From Marsupella aquatica (taxonomy: Eukaryota; Plantae; Marchantiophyta): DNA of 64,000 nucleotides. Location of the stretch: contig OZ316897.1 in the NCBI GenBank assembly GCA_973895155.1, forward strand, positions 14,445,375 through 14,509,374. Reading direction: 5' to 3'. The position numbers and the translations under genes are program-made. The notes beneath the pieces were generated by a model, which was given only the letters and a program-made list of their open reading frames with translations, had not been told where the DNA came from and searched no databases. Below, piece by piece: positions 36,221-50,600 of the stretch (positions within the stretch are counted from its first letter, which is position 1; every line of letters starts with the position of its first letter).

Positions 36221-36849
36221 GTACATGATCAGGTCAAATTCACAGACTGCATCTCCTTTAGAAGCCAATTCTTTTTATATGGCAATATTAGACAGTACCT
36301 AGTTTAGGAACTGGACTTCTGCAATAATGGCCTCTTTTGTCTGTACAGAAGGGGTCAAAGTCAGTTTTGTATAGACTTTATAGGATTCTGTTCAGATATT
36401 TTTTATTTGAGATATATTTTTGGCAAAGTATTCTCCCGATTTACTTATAAAGTTTAGCAACTGCGAGTTTATCAAAGTTTGCTATTATTGGTGGTGCATG
36501 AGATATGAGCGCCTGAGAAGTTGTGACAGTTTTGAATGTGTTCAGTTGTGAATGGAGATTGTTGTGTTTTCTGTGCTGATTGACTGGTATCTACATGCTC
36601 AAACATTCTACCATTGAGTACAATATATTTCTGATGATGCTTTTACTCGTGTTCATGGGTTGCGCTGTCTGTTGGCTACATTGGTTGCTGAGAGAATGCC
36701 AATTCTAGTGTATGAGAGAGGTCCGGAGTAAGGAGCTAGACAGTAAGTACTAAACTTGTGTCCAGCGCGCCGCGTTCGTGCTTATGATCGTCTTCCTACT
36801 TCTAAAATCAGTCAAGCCTTGAATTGGATCTATAGTCTGATTTCCTGGA

Positions 36850-37620
36850 CCGGGCCCATGCAAGAGTCGATCATGCAGAGAGGAGAGATGCCACGAACAT
36901 CCTGAGCAAATTCAACACCACATAATCAATAAAGTTTAGAGAGTCTCGATCATATTCATCGGGTTAGAGCTTCAGGACATCATTCTAGTGAGGGTAGACT
37001 AGCGGCCATAAAATCCAAAGCTGGCAACAAAACGAGATGAATCGCACAATTACTACTCCACAAGACAGGCCGGTGATCCGGTCCTGGCGTGATTCCATAT
37101 ATTAGCTCCGTGAGAGCCAGTTACAGCCATCAGTCTTGCTACATTGAACTAAATTACCCTGTCAACGGCACTCAAGTCACGAAGGCAGTGGGGGGACCTG
37201 CAGCTTGTCCTCATGCAGGTCCAGAACGTCAGAGTGTATCCCGAAGTGGGCGATCATTTCCGCCCTGACAGCCTCCAGACTAATTCGTTTCCAGCCTTGA
37301 TTCTTAATTTCCGCCCTGGCAGCCTCCGGACTGCGTTTCCAGCCTTGATTTTCGCCCCTTATGTCCAAATGTACACAGCAAGTCTCTGCCAGATCCTTTG
37401 AATGACCAAGTTTGGATTCGATGGGACGTAATTGTGGGTGCACCTGTCCTTCCAGAGCTGCCATTAGGTGAAGTTCGATATCGCAGAATGTTCCATACTT
37501 TGTTCCATACTTTGATTGGAAAATTTAATTGGATTGTCAAGGGGATCATTCATGCAAGCATTCAGGAAGAGTCACTGCAAGGAAGATATCAATGGATTGG
37601 GGGTTCCCAATCAAACGCCC
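36850..37620 (-). pseudogene. Possible F-box protein relic
   Basis: Frameshifted TLPECLHE...FPIKVWNKVWNIL resembles the F-box LP..L.E.IL...V.K.W pattern. Several stops; internal ~50-bp duplication at 37257-37350. Confidence 0.35.
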
Positions 37621-39399
37621 GGATCAAACGATCCAGCGCCAGACCTGCTGCTCAACCAAGTCTTAACCCCGCCTTCGCAAATCCTGTGGCTACTCTCTCC
37701 CTGCTCTCCAGGAGGCCACAATAAAATTTTCGGCGAGGCTGAATCGAGAAACGTATCGTCGAAATACAGGAAGAGTATTGTCCTAGCCGGAATTGACCTC
37801 TCAAAGAGCCAGTTTCGAGAAGATGGCTGCCATCGTTCGAAAGGAGAAACAATGAAAGCTTTATTAAACTGACGACCGGTAGAATAACTACGTATACTAG
37901 TTTAATGAGCAAATGTCTTAGTGTGAATGAATCTTTATATATCTGACTTCCATCGGATCTCAAAATCAGGTGCGACGAACTTAATAGTGAAGATCACATA
38001 GGTCCGCCCAACCTTCTGGTGAGGGTCTGCCGGCTTGAATGTATTGAAGGAATGTAATCATATATTGTAGTTTGATGTGTAGGAAGTCTACCAAGGAAAT
38101 TCAAAATGAGTGCACTGCCAGGTTCATAAGGTAGAAAAAGTGTATAATTTGCAATATTTTTCACAAGTCGGATTGAAACCACGGATGTTCACTTCGTCTT
38201 GATCACCAGCGTTTCAACAAGCCTCTTTTTTATTCGGATCGAGCTCGGGAGCAGGTCTGTAACATCGAATCTCGTGGCTAGAGCAAGGGCTCGAGGTCTG
38301 CAACGCGTTAGCTTCTGTGCGTTCAGCACAAAATTAGGTCATGTGATTCCGTTGATGCCTGAACTGCTTGAAGTATAAACAATTCAGACCTCCACCAAAA
38401 ACCATAGTTGGTCTCATTTCGTTACGAACCAATAGTAGAATAATTATGATGTCGATATGTTTCATTGTGTCACGCTCTAGAAGCTTCACTTAGACCATAC
38501 CATAAGTTCCAGAGTGTACGTTTCCCTCGCGAAACATTAGTTAGAATGATGGGTAACTCATGTGTAGTTCCACTGTTTTTCATTAAGAACATGCACTAGT
38601 TTTTAATGCCAGGTTCCCATGCGCCAACATTTTACTGAAGGCTCATCTTACTCTCCACGGCTCTTCTAGCCGTAGTGTGGATTCATGAAGTAGTTTCTTA
38701 TTTTGACCATCTAATAATGTATTTGTAAGAAAGGTCTCTGTCATGCTGGTTGCGCAAGTAGATGTCATCCATGGGGATCCGAGGGAATCACCATGACTGA
38801 GACCGAGCCTCTTATCTTACAAGTTATGTTGCTGTTAATCTGAGATTACTACTTCAGTTGTCCACTTCATTTCCTTGAAAAAAACTAACGACAGTGCTCT
38901 ACATTTTCCATACTTTCGAATCAATTTAGGTCCCACAGAGTACCCTCTTTTTCCTTAATTTCGTCAGAGAAATTTTTCTTCCTTACTAGGCTTTCAGACA
39001 TGCATTTTTGACAATTTTTTGTCAAAGTATTGTATTTTGTGTGTAAATGTTGGAGGTTTGCCTGCCTGTTTCAATTTAGGTGATAAGAGGCAGACCTCCA
39101 AGTTTTTCAAGTGTTAAGTATGATGTGTGCAAGGATGGAAGTTTGTACAAGAGGTGGTAGCTAGACCTATGAAGCTTAAACTAGGATCCTCACTTTATGC
39201 AATGAAGGGTGATATCACAATGAAGATGAGATATATGTTTGATGGCCCCCTGGTGAACCTTTCCTACTTGATGAGCCCTTATTTAACTTTTCTTACCTAG
39301 TAGGCCCCCTGTAAGTATTTTCAGTCAAATGTTCTTATCATAGACACTCTAACAAGTTTTCCCTTCATGGAGTGACCAACCCCGTTTTCGAGAAAGACT

Positions 39400-39860
39400 A
39401 TGATCAACCATGACTCCAGGCAAACTGCATGGTCGGACCATGCGGCCGACCCTTCATGGTTGACCGAGAAACCACAAAGATTATTCGGGAGAAACAGCGA
39501 AAAGTGGCCGCCGCTGCCGAAATTGTGATTTGAAGACAATATACATTATGTCTTCAGATTCAAAATTTGACCAATCTCAGGGTAGTCATTAGGTTTGCTT
39601 GTATGGGTTTTTTTCGAGGTTTTTTCATGACTGTTGGACCGTGCAAGAAGCCACCCTTGCATGGTCAAAGAAACATGTGGAGAAACAAGTGAAACCACGG
39701 AGATGATGAGGGAGAACCGTGAAAAGCAGCCGTTGCTGCCCAAACCGTGACTTGAATACAATATGGATTATGTCTTCGGGTTCAAATTTTTACCATATCG
39801 TGGGGTAGTCATTAGGTATGTTTTTCACGCAATGCACACAGGTTTTTCATGATGTTTTCA
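39400..39860. repeat. Diverged ~225-bp tandem duplication
   Basis: 2x gaaaccac..gggagaa..gaaaag..ctgcc..tga..acaatat..attatgtcttc.g.ttcaaa.tt..acca..gggtagtcattaggt. Confidence 0.65.
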
Positions 39861-40373
39861 TGCACGACTGTCAGCGTTAGTGCATAGTACCCCCAAATGT
39901 TCACAATGAATATTCAAGTTCAATGTTTGGAATTCCCCCACTGCCGCCACGACAAAAGTTGACAAATGATCTACAAATGCGCTCAAAAATGGCGATACTC
40001 CCTTGTGCAATGCATACAAACAATTCCAAAAAAAGACAAACCCAAAGGTGTTGGGGTACACCCTACACCCTAAACCTTGAAACACAGGAAGACGTAATCC
40101 ATTGTGTCTTTGTGTACAAACCTGTCGAATCTTTTGGTAATGGCATTGTTGCCCATTTTGATGAACCGCAGTAAACTACGGCAACCCGCGTGGTGGACTA
40201 GGCACTGTAGACTGCAATGACAAGCGTCATGGACTGAGCCTGGGAGCACAGTGCACTACGAGACAATGGGTGTGGTTAATTGTACATAGTAGACACCACA
40301 CAAGAACAGGTGTACAAGTCATGAAGAGGACTCCCACTTGGTAAAACGAGTTTCATGAGGGCCCATCAGGTAA

Positions 40374-40488
40374 ACAAGCTTCACAATGGGACCCATCAAG
40401 CGCATATCTCCAATGAAGATTGATATCACTTACAAGCTTCACAATGGGACCCATCAAGCATATATCTCCAATGAAGATTGATATCACT
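40374..40488. repeat. ~58-bp tandem duplication
   Basis: 2x acaagcttcacaatgggacccatcaagc..atatctccaatgaagattgatatcact. Confidence 0.85.
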
Positions 40489-43400
40489 CGACTACACTTG
40501 CAGGGTTGGTTAGACCAAGCATTTCCAAATCTGAAAACATACACCAGCCTTGTTGTTTTCAGATTCTGTGCACATGCATAGCCCACAATAACAGTCCTTC
40601 ATTTAGCCTGAGCTAATCAGACTGGCGCACCTTTATTCAAGACCAACTTCATCTGGAATCACACAAAAAACAAATAGTTATCCCTAATCTGGACCTCACC
40701 AGCAAGACATTTTGGAGTGCCTTTACACCAGTGACTAATTCTGGAATGTAACTGTGAAGAGTATCTGTAGCATTCTTTCGTGTATGACTTTTTAAAATTA
40801 CAAAATTAAAACAGAAGAATAATATTTTGGAATGGAAATAATTAGATTTTCCTTACTAGGCTGCTGAATAGATTCTTCGACCATGTGGAGGATTGTATTT
40901 CTAATTGTATGGTGACAAACTCTAATCCCATGGGACACTTGCGTATTTTTCTTACTTGTGAGTTGGGGCGCGCGTATGTTTGAGGATTGTATTTCTAATT
41001 GTTTGATGCCACTTACCTCTAAAAATGTACTAAGAAGAATACACAGGACGGTGTCCACTGGGATGTAGAATTGATCACCAGGAATTGCTTTGGCCAGTGG
41101 GTTGGAACCAGTGTTTTTTTTAGTGGCAAAAATTAGCTAGATTCTACTTCCCCAAAAACTCTATCGCCATTTTTGGCTAAATTTGCTAAGTTTTAATTAC
41201 CGGCCCGGCCCATTCCCTTCCCGGCCAGGCCCATCCGGCCGGGCCAGGCCGAGGCTGGACCGGGGCATAAGAAGGAATATGCGACAAATAGGGTCATTTT
41301 CGGGCGACAAATGACAAGTTGTCGTGTCCGACAACACGACAAGTTGTCCGACAGCTCAAACCGGGTTAAAATGTGGGTGGGCATCAGGTATTCTTAGATC
41401 TGGCGAGTGAAACCCATCCACATGTTGTATTTGGCGAAGAGCCTTGGTTTTTCAGTTGGGTTTCCTTTGTATCATTTGCCTGAGCATTTGGTAAGGAGAT
41501 GAATCTTGGCCACCAAAAAGGACTGCTCAAGACTTTTTCTCTTATTTTTGCTTGCGCAACCACAAGACAAGTTAAAGGACAGATTAATGATATACTTGAG
41601 TGAGGGCCCAGGGATATCGAGGTGAGGAAAAGATATCAAGTGAGGAAAAAGTGTCCACCGCATCATAGAGTCTAAATCAAGTGACAGGAAAAAATGTGTT
41701 GTTTTAAATTTTAAATTTTAGAGAAATAAATATTTTCCATATTTTACTTATATTTCCATTTTAAATAAATCAAAGATTTCTCCTCATTTTTCCAGATATA
41801 AATAATTATTTATAATTACATTTTTATCTTAGGTAGGTGCAGGCAAGCTAAATTGGAGCTTGGGCAGACATATGTTAAATGGTGTGTATCGAGGAGAGTA
41901 TTACTAATTACATATCTACTTCTTTCTAATAATACAAATATGTAATGATTGAGTATACTTTTAATTATTCATATGTGACAAAAAAACATTTCTTGTTCTT
42001 AACTTGTACCGGAGTCCGGATAGGTGTTCACCTTATTGTCTTGTTTGCTTTGGTTACGTTGATTTCTAACTGATTCAAGGTGTGAATAAACTATAACATA
42101 AATGCAATGGTAAGCCACTGTTCACACCAAATCTCATTTTGTAAATGGAACATTCACAACTTTTGGCAGGATTTACTATTATAGTTGGAGTTGGCATTTT
42201 ATTTGCACCTTTTCTAAGCACAAACAGGCCAGGAATTGTTTGGCTAATCCACAACTTACTTTATATGCGCAAAACCCTAGATAAATGCATTGTGTACTCT
42301 GACTAAGAAATGGCATGCACTTATTTGTCCCCGGACATTCACATTACATTGAATTTTCTAATAAGTGCATACCCTTTCTTAATACAGTAAAAAATGCACT
42401 TATGGATTTGGACGAAGAAAATAGGATAGGGATGTATAATTTGTGTAACCAGTCACTGAGGGAGGAGCTTTACACTCATCAAAAAAATGAAAAAACTGCT
42501 TAGCACTCACCACATCTCCTGGGAAGCTCTCCTGTTCCCAAGAGTGTGCACTTAAGAGAGAGTTAACTGTATTCTACGCGTGACATGTGAGTTTGACCCC
42601 CACCCGAACCCCCACCCGAACCCTCCGCACCTCCTCCCGAACCCGGCCTCCCGAACCCGAACCGCGGCCGAAGGTTTCCTTTCCCGGACTGCTTCCGAAC
42701 CCGGGTGCCGGGTTGCCGATTTGCCGCTCGCAAACGCCCAGTTTGACCGTTTATGAGGAAAACAATAATGATCTTGATCGAGCATGTATTGTGGCGAACT
42801 CCATAGACTATACCGCCAGGGGCTGGCGGGCAAATGAGGAGAGCTCTCGATGAGGCAAATGCAAGACATCATCGGTTTTTGTACACTCTCCAGACAGGAC
42901 ACTCTCCAGACCCTTTCTGATCGGGCCCGCCATTCCAGCAAATTCAATCTGCATAAAGGATACATTACGGCCCGAGGAGCTGACCCGCCACAATACTATT
43001 TTGCAAGTTACGCTGGTGGTTGCAAGGGTTTTGCCTGTCACTTGGAAATAGACGTCCAAGCCCAGATGTACCAACGTCTGGATTCTGAACTGAGCTTTCG
43101 CATGCACATGCTGGTACAATCCCAAGTGCTACGTCTCTGGTCAGTCGGCACATTACAAAATTTTACGTTCCAGAATTCTCATAGAAAGACACTTGAGAAA
43201 TAATTCTTCGGTAGAGGTAGATCAAGCCGTGATTGGGGATATACACGAAATGAAGGTGTGGATTGGGATTGCATACGAGATTTCCGGTACGACCACATCT
43301 CGTCAAATTTACTTCGTTCCTCGTGTCCTCATGTGCTGTACAAGACCATAGTAGTACATCCATATAATTCCAATTTGTACAAGACTATAGTAGTACAATC

Positions 43401-43855
43401 ATATAATTCCAAATTCGTCCTCAGTTACGGAGTACAGTAATCTCCGATTTGTAAAGATTCGTGCTTCAAAAAGAGAAGACCTTCAATTCCATCCCCAAAT
43501 ATGTTCAATTGGCTATTTCGGGGACTATTTCCCCAGGTCTTCCTGTCCTCGATTTGCCAAGAGCAGTTGGCATATTGCCGTCTCTAAAATATCCTAATCA
43601 GGCAATATGTATTTACACGTACCGCCTAAGCCTGGACAGGCTCTAGTTCTTGCCGTCCCTCGGCTTTGGAAAATCCACCTCCACTCGAGGAGCAACTCGA
43701 GGAGCAAGCGACCGAAATGACAAAATATAATAGTAGAGCGACGAAATGCTCTTATTATACGCAATCATTTGATTCGTCCATCTATGTCAATCTCCATCCT
43801 GTCAGATATCGTCAAAAAAGAGAGTTCTTTACAGCACTTTGCCCCTATCGACATG

Positions 43856-46726
43856 CTATACCGTGTATGACTGCTGGATGTGATCCATATCCAAACCTTT
43901 CAACCTTACCACAGATTCTACGTGTCCCTTGAGAGTGTAATGCTCTCTCAACCTTGCAATTTCTGCCCGTCTCTGGGCCATTTGGGCGATCTCGGGAACA
44001 TCGCCGGAACTCGCTGGTCGGAACTCGCGTGTCGGTACATTATTTTTCTCGTTGTGCAGGCCGTGCAGAGTTCGCTGCGCATGTGCCCACTGGGCCTCCC
44101 GGTTCTCCTTTCCAAAGTTCGCCTCGGAAGTAAATGCAGTCTTCCTTGCGAGCATCAAGTCCCACGCACGCCCGCTCAAAACGTAGAAGATGGCGAACTT
44201 GATGAAATCCAGAGGAATGTATGTGATGATGCTGTACAGCCAGATGACCCCTGCCCAACCCCAGCCCACTCCTCTAATGGTAGCAAAGCCCCAAACAGCA
44301 TAGACAGCCACAAAGGTGGCCACGAGTTGGGCTATGCAGAAGGCAATCATCAGCAGCACGCCCGGCCGGTCCATGAACGAGAAGCCTCGCGAACGAGTCA
44401 CGAATATCAAAGCTTGGCTGATGATACTCACTTGCAAGTACACAGCGGCAGTGAGCTTGTCGTTTTGACCATTGATTGACTGCACGCCAAAGGTGTTCTT
44501 GAAAAAGTTGGTCTTGTCGGCTGCCCAGAAGAAAAGGACAGTCATCAAGGCCAAATAGGTGCCAATCACTACCCCGGTGGCAAAAATCTCATTCAGCTTC
44601 CAACTGTCAGGGAGAGGAGACGGAATCACTCTGTCCTTGGAGATGGTCATGATGGTACCATCATTCAGGATGGCAATGACCAGAACCATAAACGGTGAGA
44701 AGTCAAACTTCCAAATCAAAGCCAGGAGAAGGAAGCCCAGGACGATACGGACGGTGATAGACACCGCGTAGATGGTGTAGTTCTTCATCCTCTGGAAGAT
44801 GGCTCGACTGGTAAGCACGGCATGGATGATGACGCTGAGACCAGGCTCTGTCAGCACGATATCTGAAGCACCACGAGCTGCATCAGTTGCATCAGAGACA
44901 GCAATGCCAATGTCTGCTTTCTTCAAAGCTGGTGCATCGTTCACACCATCTCCCGTCATTCCGCAGATGTGCTTCTGACCTTGAAGTCGCTTGACAATTT
45001 CGTACTTGTGCTCAGGGAACACTCCTGCGAAACCGTCCGCCTTGAAGATTAGCTCATCGATGTCTAGCCCTGCTATGGATTCGTCCTTGCTCTTTCCAAG
45101 CAAAGATGCAGACGGATACATGTTCGATCCCATGCCGAGTCTTCGGCCAGTTTCTTTGGCAATAGCCAGCTGATCACCCGTGATCATCTTCACATTGACC
45201 CCCAGCTTGAGAGCCTCACGAATAGTTTCAGCACTGTCGTGACGGGGAGGGTCAAAGAGCGGTAACAATCCAAGAAACTCCCAAGGGCCCCCTTCACTGT
45301 CCTTGCTTTTCTCCGGCACTTGTTGTCTGGCAACAGCGAGCGATCGGAGCCCGCGCTCAGCGAATTTATCAATCACGCTGTGCACCCTGGCAGCAATTTC
45401 GGCGTTGTTGTGGGCCAGGTGGAGAATCTCCTCCGGAGCGCCTTTGCTAGCCCTGTGCCAGTTCCCTTCTTCATCGATGAAAGTAATGGCCGTGCGCTTG
45501 TCGACGGGATTGAAAGGCAGGAAGTGAACTTCCTGGATGCCTGCACGGGCTTCCTTAGGATCTCCCAACATGCCTACGATGGCGGTGTCAATGGCGTCCT
45601 GATTCTCCGTCCTCGCTGCTCTCGCTGCAGACAGCACGATGAAATCTCTATCCACACCTTTTGTAAAGACTTCAACGAGACTCTTGTCTACGGTCAACTT
45701 GTTCAGGGTCAGAGTACCGGTCTTGTCACTGCAGAGGACATCCATACCTGCCATCTCCTCTATAGCAGTCATTCGCTTCGTGATTGCACCCTGTTGGGAC
45801 AGCTTGTGGGACCCAATCGCCATGGTAACAGAGAGCACGGTGGGCATAGCAATCGGGATACCACCAATGAGCAAAACCAAAAGGTTGTTAATTCCATCAC
45901 GATACTTCCGTTTTTGGATGGGATACATGACAAGAATCTCTACTAGAAGGCCTAGCGCAATTGTGCAAATACAGAAACTTCCGATAGACGTCAGAACTTT
46001 TTGGAAATGCCCCACCGACTTGGTGCTGTCCACGAGATATGCAGCCTTGCCGAAGAAGGTGTGCACCCCTGTGGCAATGACCACGGCCTCGATTTCTCCC
46101 TGCTTGCAAGTCGATCCTGAAAACACCTCATCGCCTGGTTTCTTGGTGACGGGAAGCGACTCTCCGGTGAGGGACGACTGGTCGATTTTTAAGGGATCAC
46201 CTTCGAGAAGACGAGCATCGGCAGGGACGATGTCTCCCAGCTTGATACTGATAATGTCTCCCGGGACTAGAATCGAAGCGTCCTGCTCTCCCCACTTCCC
46301 ATCCCTCAACACCTTCGTCTTAGGGGCCAGGCGAGCCATCAGAGCTGCAGCGGCATTACCTGCGTTGTTCTCCTCAATAAAACTGATCGTCGAATTGATT
46401 ACCAACAGAGTGATGATTCCGATGAAATCTTGCCAATCAGGTGGCCTTCCCTGACCATTCGCAAGCGCAATTGCCATGACAGCGGCCGCCTCCATGACCC
46501 AAGACAACGGATTCCACATGAACCCCAGGAACTTCAAGATTTTACTCTCCTTTATTTCCTGGAGCTTGTTGGGGCCGAACACCTGCAATCGAGCCTCCCC
46601 TTCTTCCATGGACAGCCCTTCCCTCGTGCATCGAAGCTGCATGAAGACCTCCTCCACGGGTATGTGCTCCAGGTCGACGGACTCGTTCTGCAAGTCCTCG
46701 AACTTCATCTTGCCCTCCGCCGCCAT
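43856..46726 (-). CDS. AHA: Plasma-membrane H+-ATPase (P3A-type, AHA family, penultimate-Thr type), intronless, 956 aa
   Basis: Single ORF with [62 protein letters not shown] and ILNDGT, ending LKGLD...QQSYTV (14-3-3 binding motif). Confidence 0.98.
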   Translation of the reverse strand: MAAEGKMKFEDLQNESVDLEHIPVEEVFMQLRCTREGLSMEEGEARLQVFGPNKLQEIKESKILKFLGFMWNPLSWVMEAAAVMAIALANGQGRPPDWQDFIGIITLLVINSTISFIEENNAGNAAAALMARLAPKTKVLRDGKWGEQDASILVPGDIISIKLGDIVPADARLLEGDPLKIDQSSLTGESLPVTKKPGDEVFSGSTCKQGEIEAVVIATGVHTFFGKAAYLVDSTKSVGHFQKVLTSIGSFCICTIALGLLVEILVMYPIQKRKYRDGINNLLVLLIGGIPIAMPTVLSVTMAIGSHKLSQQGAITKRMTAIEEMAGMDVLCSDKTGTLTLNKLTVDKSLVEVFTKGVDRDFIVLSAARAARTENQDAIDTAIVGMLGDPKEARAGIQEVHFLPFNPVDKRTAITFIDEEGNWHRASKGAPEEILHLAHNNAEIAARVHSVIDKFAERGLRSLAVARQQVPEKSKDSEGGPWEFLGLLPLFDPPRHDSAETIREALKLGVNVKMITGDQLAIAKETGRRLGMGSNMYPSASLLGKSKDESIAGLDIDELIFKADGFAGVFPEHKYEIVKRLQGQKHICGMTGDGVNDAPALKKADIGIAVSDATDAARGASDIVLTEPGLSVIIHAVLTSRAIFQRMKNYTIYAVSITVRIVLGFLLLALIWKFDFSPFMVLVIAILNDGTIMTISKDRVIPSPLPDSWKLNEIFATGVVIGTYLALMTVLFFWAADKTNFFKNTFGVQSINGQNDKLTAAVYLQVSIISQALIFVTRSRGFSFMDRPGVLLMIAFCIAQLVATFVAVYAVWGFATIRGVGWGWAGVIWLYSIITYIPLDFIKFAIFYVLSGRAWDLMLARKTAFTSEANFGKENREAQWAHAQRTLHGLHNEKNNVPTREFRPASSGDVPEIAQMAQRRAEIARLREHYTLKGHVESVVRLKGLDMDHIQQSYTV

Positions 46727-46955
46727 TGCTTCGCCTCTCCCGATTCACTCCTTCTCAAGTGGCGCCTCTCAAAGTTACGACAAGCCCACGGACTCGCCTC
46801 TCTCTTATGCTATAGAAAGCTCACTTCTACTACCCTTGGTGACTGCATGATAGCAGCAGCTCCAAAGGGTGGAACACGAGGCGTCTGGGTGCGGCAGCAC
46901 TCAGAGCGAACGGGATTGATCCGAACAAATGAGAGAGCTGCAGAGTTAAGTTCTC

Positions 46956-46963
46956 CTTATATA
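46956..46963 (-). promoter_or_regulatory. Candidate TATA box of the H+-ATPase gene
   Basis: TATATAAG about 230 bp upstream of the ATG, followed by a CT-rich stretch. Confidence 0.45.
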
Positions 46964-47294
46964 TGTCTTATCAGCAGCTCGTGCGTGACAAAGCGCTGTT
47001 GGTTTCCTTCTTCCGTCCCGTCTCTCTGAAAAGTCACGACACTTTAATTGGGCTAACGTACTCGCGTGGCTTGGAGGTACAACCTATACTGTACTGCTTG
47101 GCTAGTTGGCAATTCTACTTCTCCTCTCCAGGGGAGTCCCGCTGCTGGGTTGCCTCCCCGGCTGCAATCCAGCCAACTATATTGAGAATTTTATTGTATC
47201 AACGTCGTCACGGATAGCCGCGGCGTGCGCCACTCGATCCACCCCCACCTTCAATTGAATCACCTGAGAATCACATGATACTCAACAGCAGCAG

Positions 47295-47635
47295 CAGCTG
47301 CCGCCCGCCGCAGTGCTGATGAATGTACGACTTGTCTCTCATCTGCAACGTCGGTCTACAGAAAAAAAGGAGTCCAGGGTTAGCCGCTACTCATCAGGCA
47401 CCATCCATCGATCGGCGACGTCGAAAGGGGGAGAATTCCAGTCCTCTCTTCCCTCTCGCCCCACAGCTGCCGCCCGCCGCAGTGCTGATGAATGTACGAC
47501 TTGTCTCTCATCTGCAACGTCGGTCTACAGAAAAAAAGGAGTCCAGGGTTAGCCGCTACTCATCAGGCACCATCCATCGATCGGCGACGTCGAAAGGGGG
47601 AGAATTCCAGTCCTCTCTTCCCTCTCGCCCCACAG
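47295..47635. repeat. Perfect 169-bp tandem duplication upstream of the H+-ATPase
   Basis: cagctgccgcccgccgcagtgctgatgaatg...cctctcgccccacag at 47295 and 47464, with no differences seen and cag microhomology. Confidence 0.92.
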
Positions 47636-50600
47636 ATTCTTTCGACCCTGCCAAAGAAATTCTGCAGAATGTGCCCTCCCGATTCTCCAGTCTCCCAATT
47701 CTGCAGCTTCCCGCCGTCAGTACCTTCACCGGGTGGGACTGTATTTTACATTGCGTTGAAGTCCAGCTACAGGTGGCCAACTTTGCTGTTCTCGCCTGGG
47801 CCGGTAAATTAGGGGAAAGAATATGATGAGAATGGACTCTACCAACGTACAGTACAAAGGGGGAGAGTGGGTTTCTTCTCCGGCAGAGTATTTTATTTAT
47901 TTATTGGTGAAGTTCGCCAAAAACTCTGAAGGTGTACTGTAGTGAGACTAATCCAACTTGAGTCAACTGCTATTATTTAGGCATGCATGCCAGGTGAGTC
48001 CAGGGCCGTCTCCAACCAAAGACTTGATGTGGCCCTGGAGGGAACGAAACGCCTAACGGGTCTCATTCTTTCAAGAGGGACTTGCTGGGCCCCCCCTCCC
48101 TGCAACCCGTGTGCGTCCTGGCTTGAGTCGATTAAACCGCCACTCTCCACTAGGGTTGGAAAAGACCAAAAAATGCACTTTTTATTCTCTTTAGAACATT
48201 ATGTATTTTACGTTTTTTTCTTTAAGGGGGCAACCCCACAAAAACAATGCCTGGGGACAAAAGCTGCCCAACGAGAAGAAACCCTGCGCACCAGGGCAGC
48301 TGAGGAAACAAAACCTACTTGGACTTATTACTAGGATCCACCAGGTTTGGCTTTGGGGACAGTGGAGCGTTAAGGACCATCACAATCCAAGGGCAGGACC
48401 TCACTGGGAAGGAGCGCACACCCTACTGGAAGGAGGGCAGGACTGCTGGGCAACTACCATGACTGTAGGGAGAGGGGATGCAGCCCGGGACACACACCAG
48501 TTGCAGGGGGAAGGGGAGCCCAGGTAGTCGCTTTTGAAAGAAGGGTCTGCTTAGGAAAATGTTTCCCTAGAGGAACCCCATTAATAGAATTGCTTGAGTT
48601 CATCTTACAGGTGAACTACTGAGGATTTGAATAGGGGCTCAAATGGCAAGAAAAGTTTCAAGATGTGGTTCCCTCTAACTATAGGTAATTGTGCACACTA
48701 GCCCCATTACCTGTTCCTTGAACTTAAATAAATATGAATAAAAATAATCTTGCATTTCAGTTAATCTTTGCCCCATCCTAGTTTTTTGTCTTCTCATTTC
48801 AGTTTTCTTTATTTGGAATCAATAGCATTTTGTCCATCTTTATTTTTAAAAAAATTACTGACATTTATGATCACTGTTGTCTCTAGTAAGGGTTGCGGTC
48901 TAGAGGCTTCATTCTAGACCATAGGCCCTTAATAATAGACTTAGTTTATATGCTTTTATATAATATAAGATAAGATAAGTCAATCTGTGTTGAGGTGATT
49001 TCACAGTGAGGAGATCCAATGGGCCGTTGATACACCAATACTGCAAAAAACAGTGTTGTGCAACCAGCCATGCATCCATCCATCTCCCAAGAGACTTCAG
49101 CCCAAACACGAGAAGAAAATCAATTAAGGGTTATCCTTTGTTTTCCCCCTTTATTGGGTATCTTTCCAATTGGGATCCTGTCTGCCCTGGCTCATTTCGT
49201 TCTTTGGCAGTGCTTGATAGATATTAATTAATGAAGGAAAGGAAGGAGGAAAAAGTACAATGAGAGATATATGAGTAAACTTGTGTTGTCAAAGTAAAAG
49301 CCATCAGAAAGAATTAAAAAGGTTAAAAATAAAGTGAACTTCACATGATTACATAATGATCAACTTTTGTAATCAGTTTTGTTCTGTATCTCAATCACTC
49401 ATGATTCATATTGACTCAAACTGCATAAAACACTAAATTGAAATTTTAAAATATGAACCAAAGTACGTAACTGTCTTTATTAAGAGTTGAACACTCACTC
49501 ACTTTTTGCAAAGCTTTCAGATCATACATGAAGTTTTTACATTTGGCTCAAAATTGACCCATGGATACAAGGCAGCCTGGACAAAGTTCAGAGAACACGT
49601 GAAATCTAAGGGCATCTAACTGTGGGGGCTCAGTCAGCTAAGAGTCAAGCAGCTTGATCAGGAGATCCTTTCCTGCCTTTTCCTTGAACAAGCGTCCCTT
49701 TGCAAACCTTACCTCAGGGACTGTTGGACATAGGGACATGCGTGGGGTAGTGAGGAGGTGTCCCCCAATGAAGCATAAAGACGTCATGGTCCATGCTTAA
49801 TGATGACTCCAAAATGAATTTTTTAACACTGAAACGGAAACCATGCCTAAAAACCAGTGTTGTCCTCATGCCTCTGGCTTAGTTTCAGTGATGGGAAAAC
49901 CCTTCACTTTGATTATTGTTGTGGTGATTGAAATTTCATATGATAAACTTCATGACCTTCAGATCTAATGGAAAATTAATCACAGCTAATGTTTATTAAG
50001 TTCATCACTCAAATATCTCACTCTCTCCAAGGAGCTAGCAGCACTGGGCCATCAAGCTCAGTCCATGAAAACATGGATTCCTGCAAAGCTCACCAGGATA
50101 TATGTGTACTTCATCATTCTCCTGGTCAGCCATTTTTTGTTGGTGAATATTTGCATAAGAATTTTCTTCAAAAATGAGGTACCAAATGCAACATGGAATA
50201 AAAAAGGGCTTCATCAAGCCTTATCTATGTAAGGTTCTCTCCCAATAACTATCCCGGTCCAATCAAATCTAATAGTTTGCCATATTATGAGGAAAATCAA
50301 ATGGTTAGCCCATGTTTACTAGCAAATAGACACCTCCTCTACTGTGGTGTTGTTGACACATTTTTTAAGTATGAACTGAGGGAATCCAAGACCATCACCA
50401 AACCTCTTGCAACCAGGGTCAGGACTACTGTTGCCATAGGCTGCCACATGATCTGCCTTGAAATAAGCCAAGGAAATAAGTAATGGTTGCACAGTCCTAG
50501 TTTCAGTGACCGCAAGTAGCCTTAAAGCAATAGGTTCCCAGGTGGGTCCAGGCACATTCTTTTTGTTTTAAAACGCCATAAGTAGCCACATTGTCTGTCT

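Noticed and set aside
41200-42720. GC-rich ccggcc and cccgaacc clusters as ends of an hAT element
   Set aside because: No matching TIR pair, TSD or transposase was found.
43880-47029. Several 120-270 aa plus-strand ORFs
   Set aside because: Antisense shadows of the H+-ATPase coding sequence.
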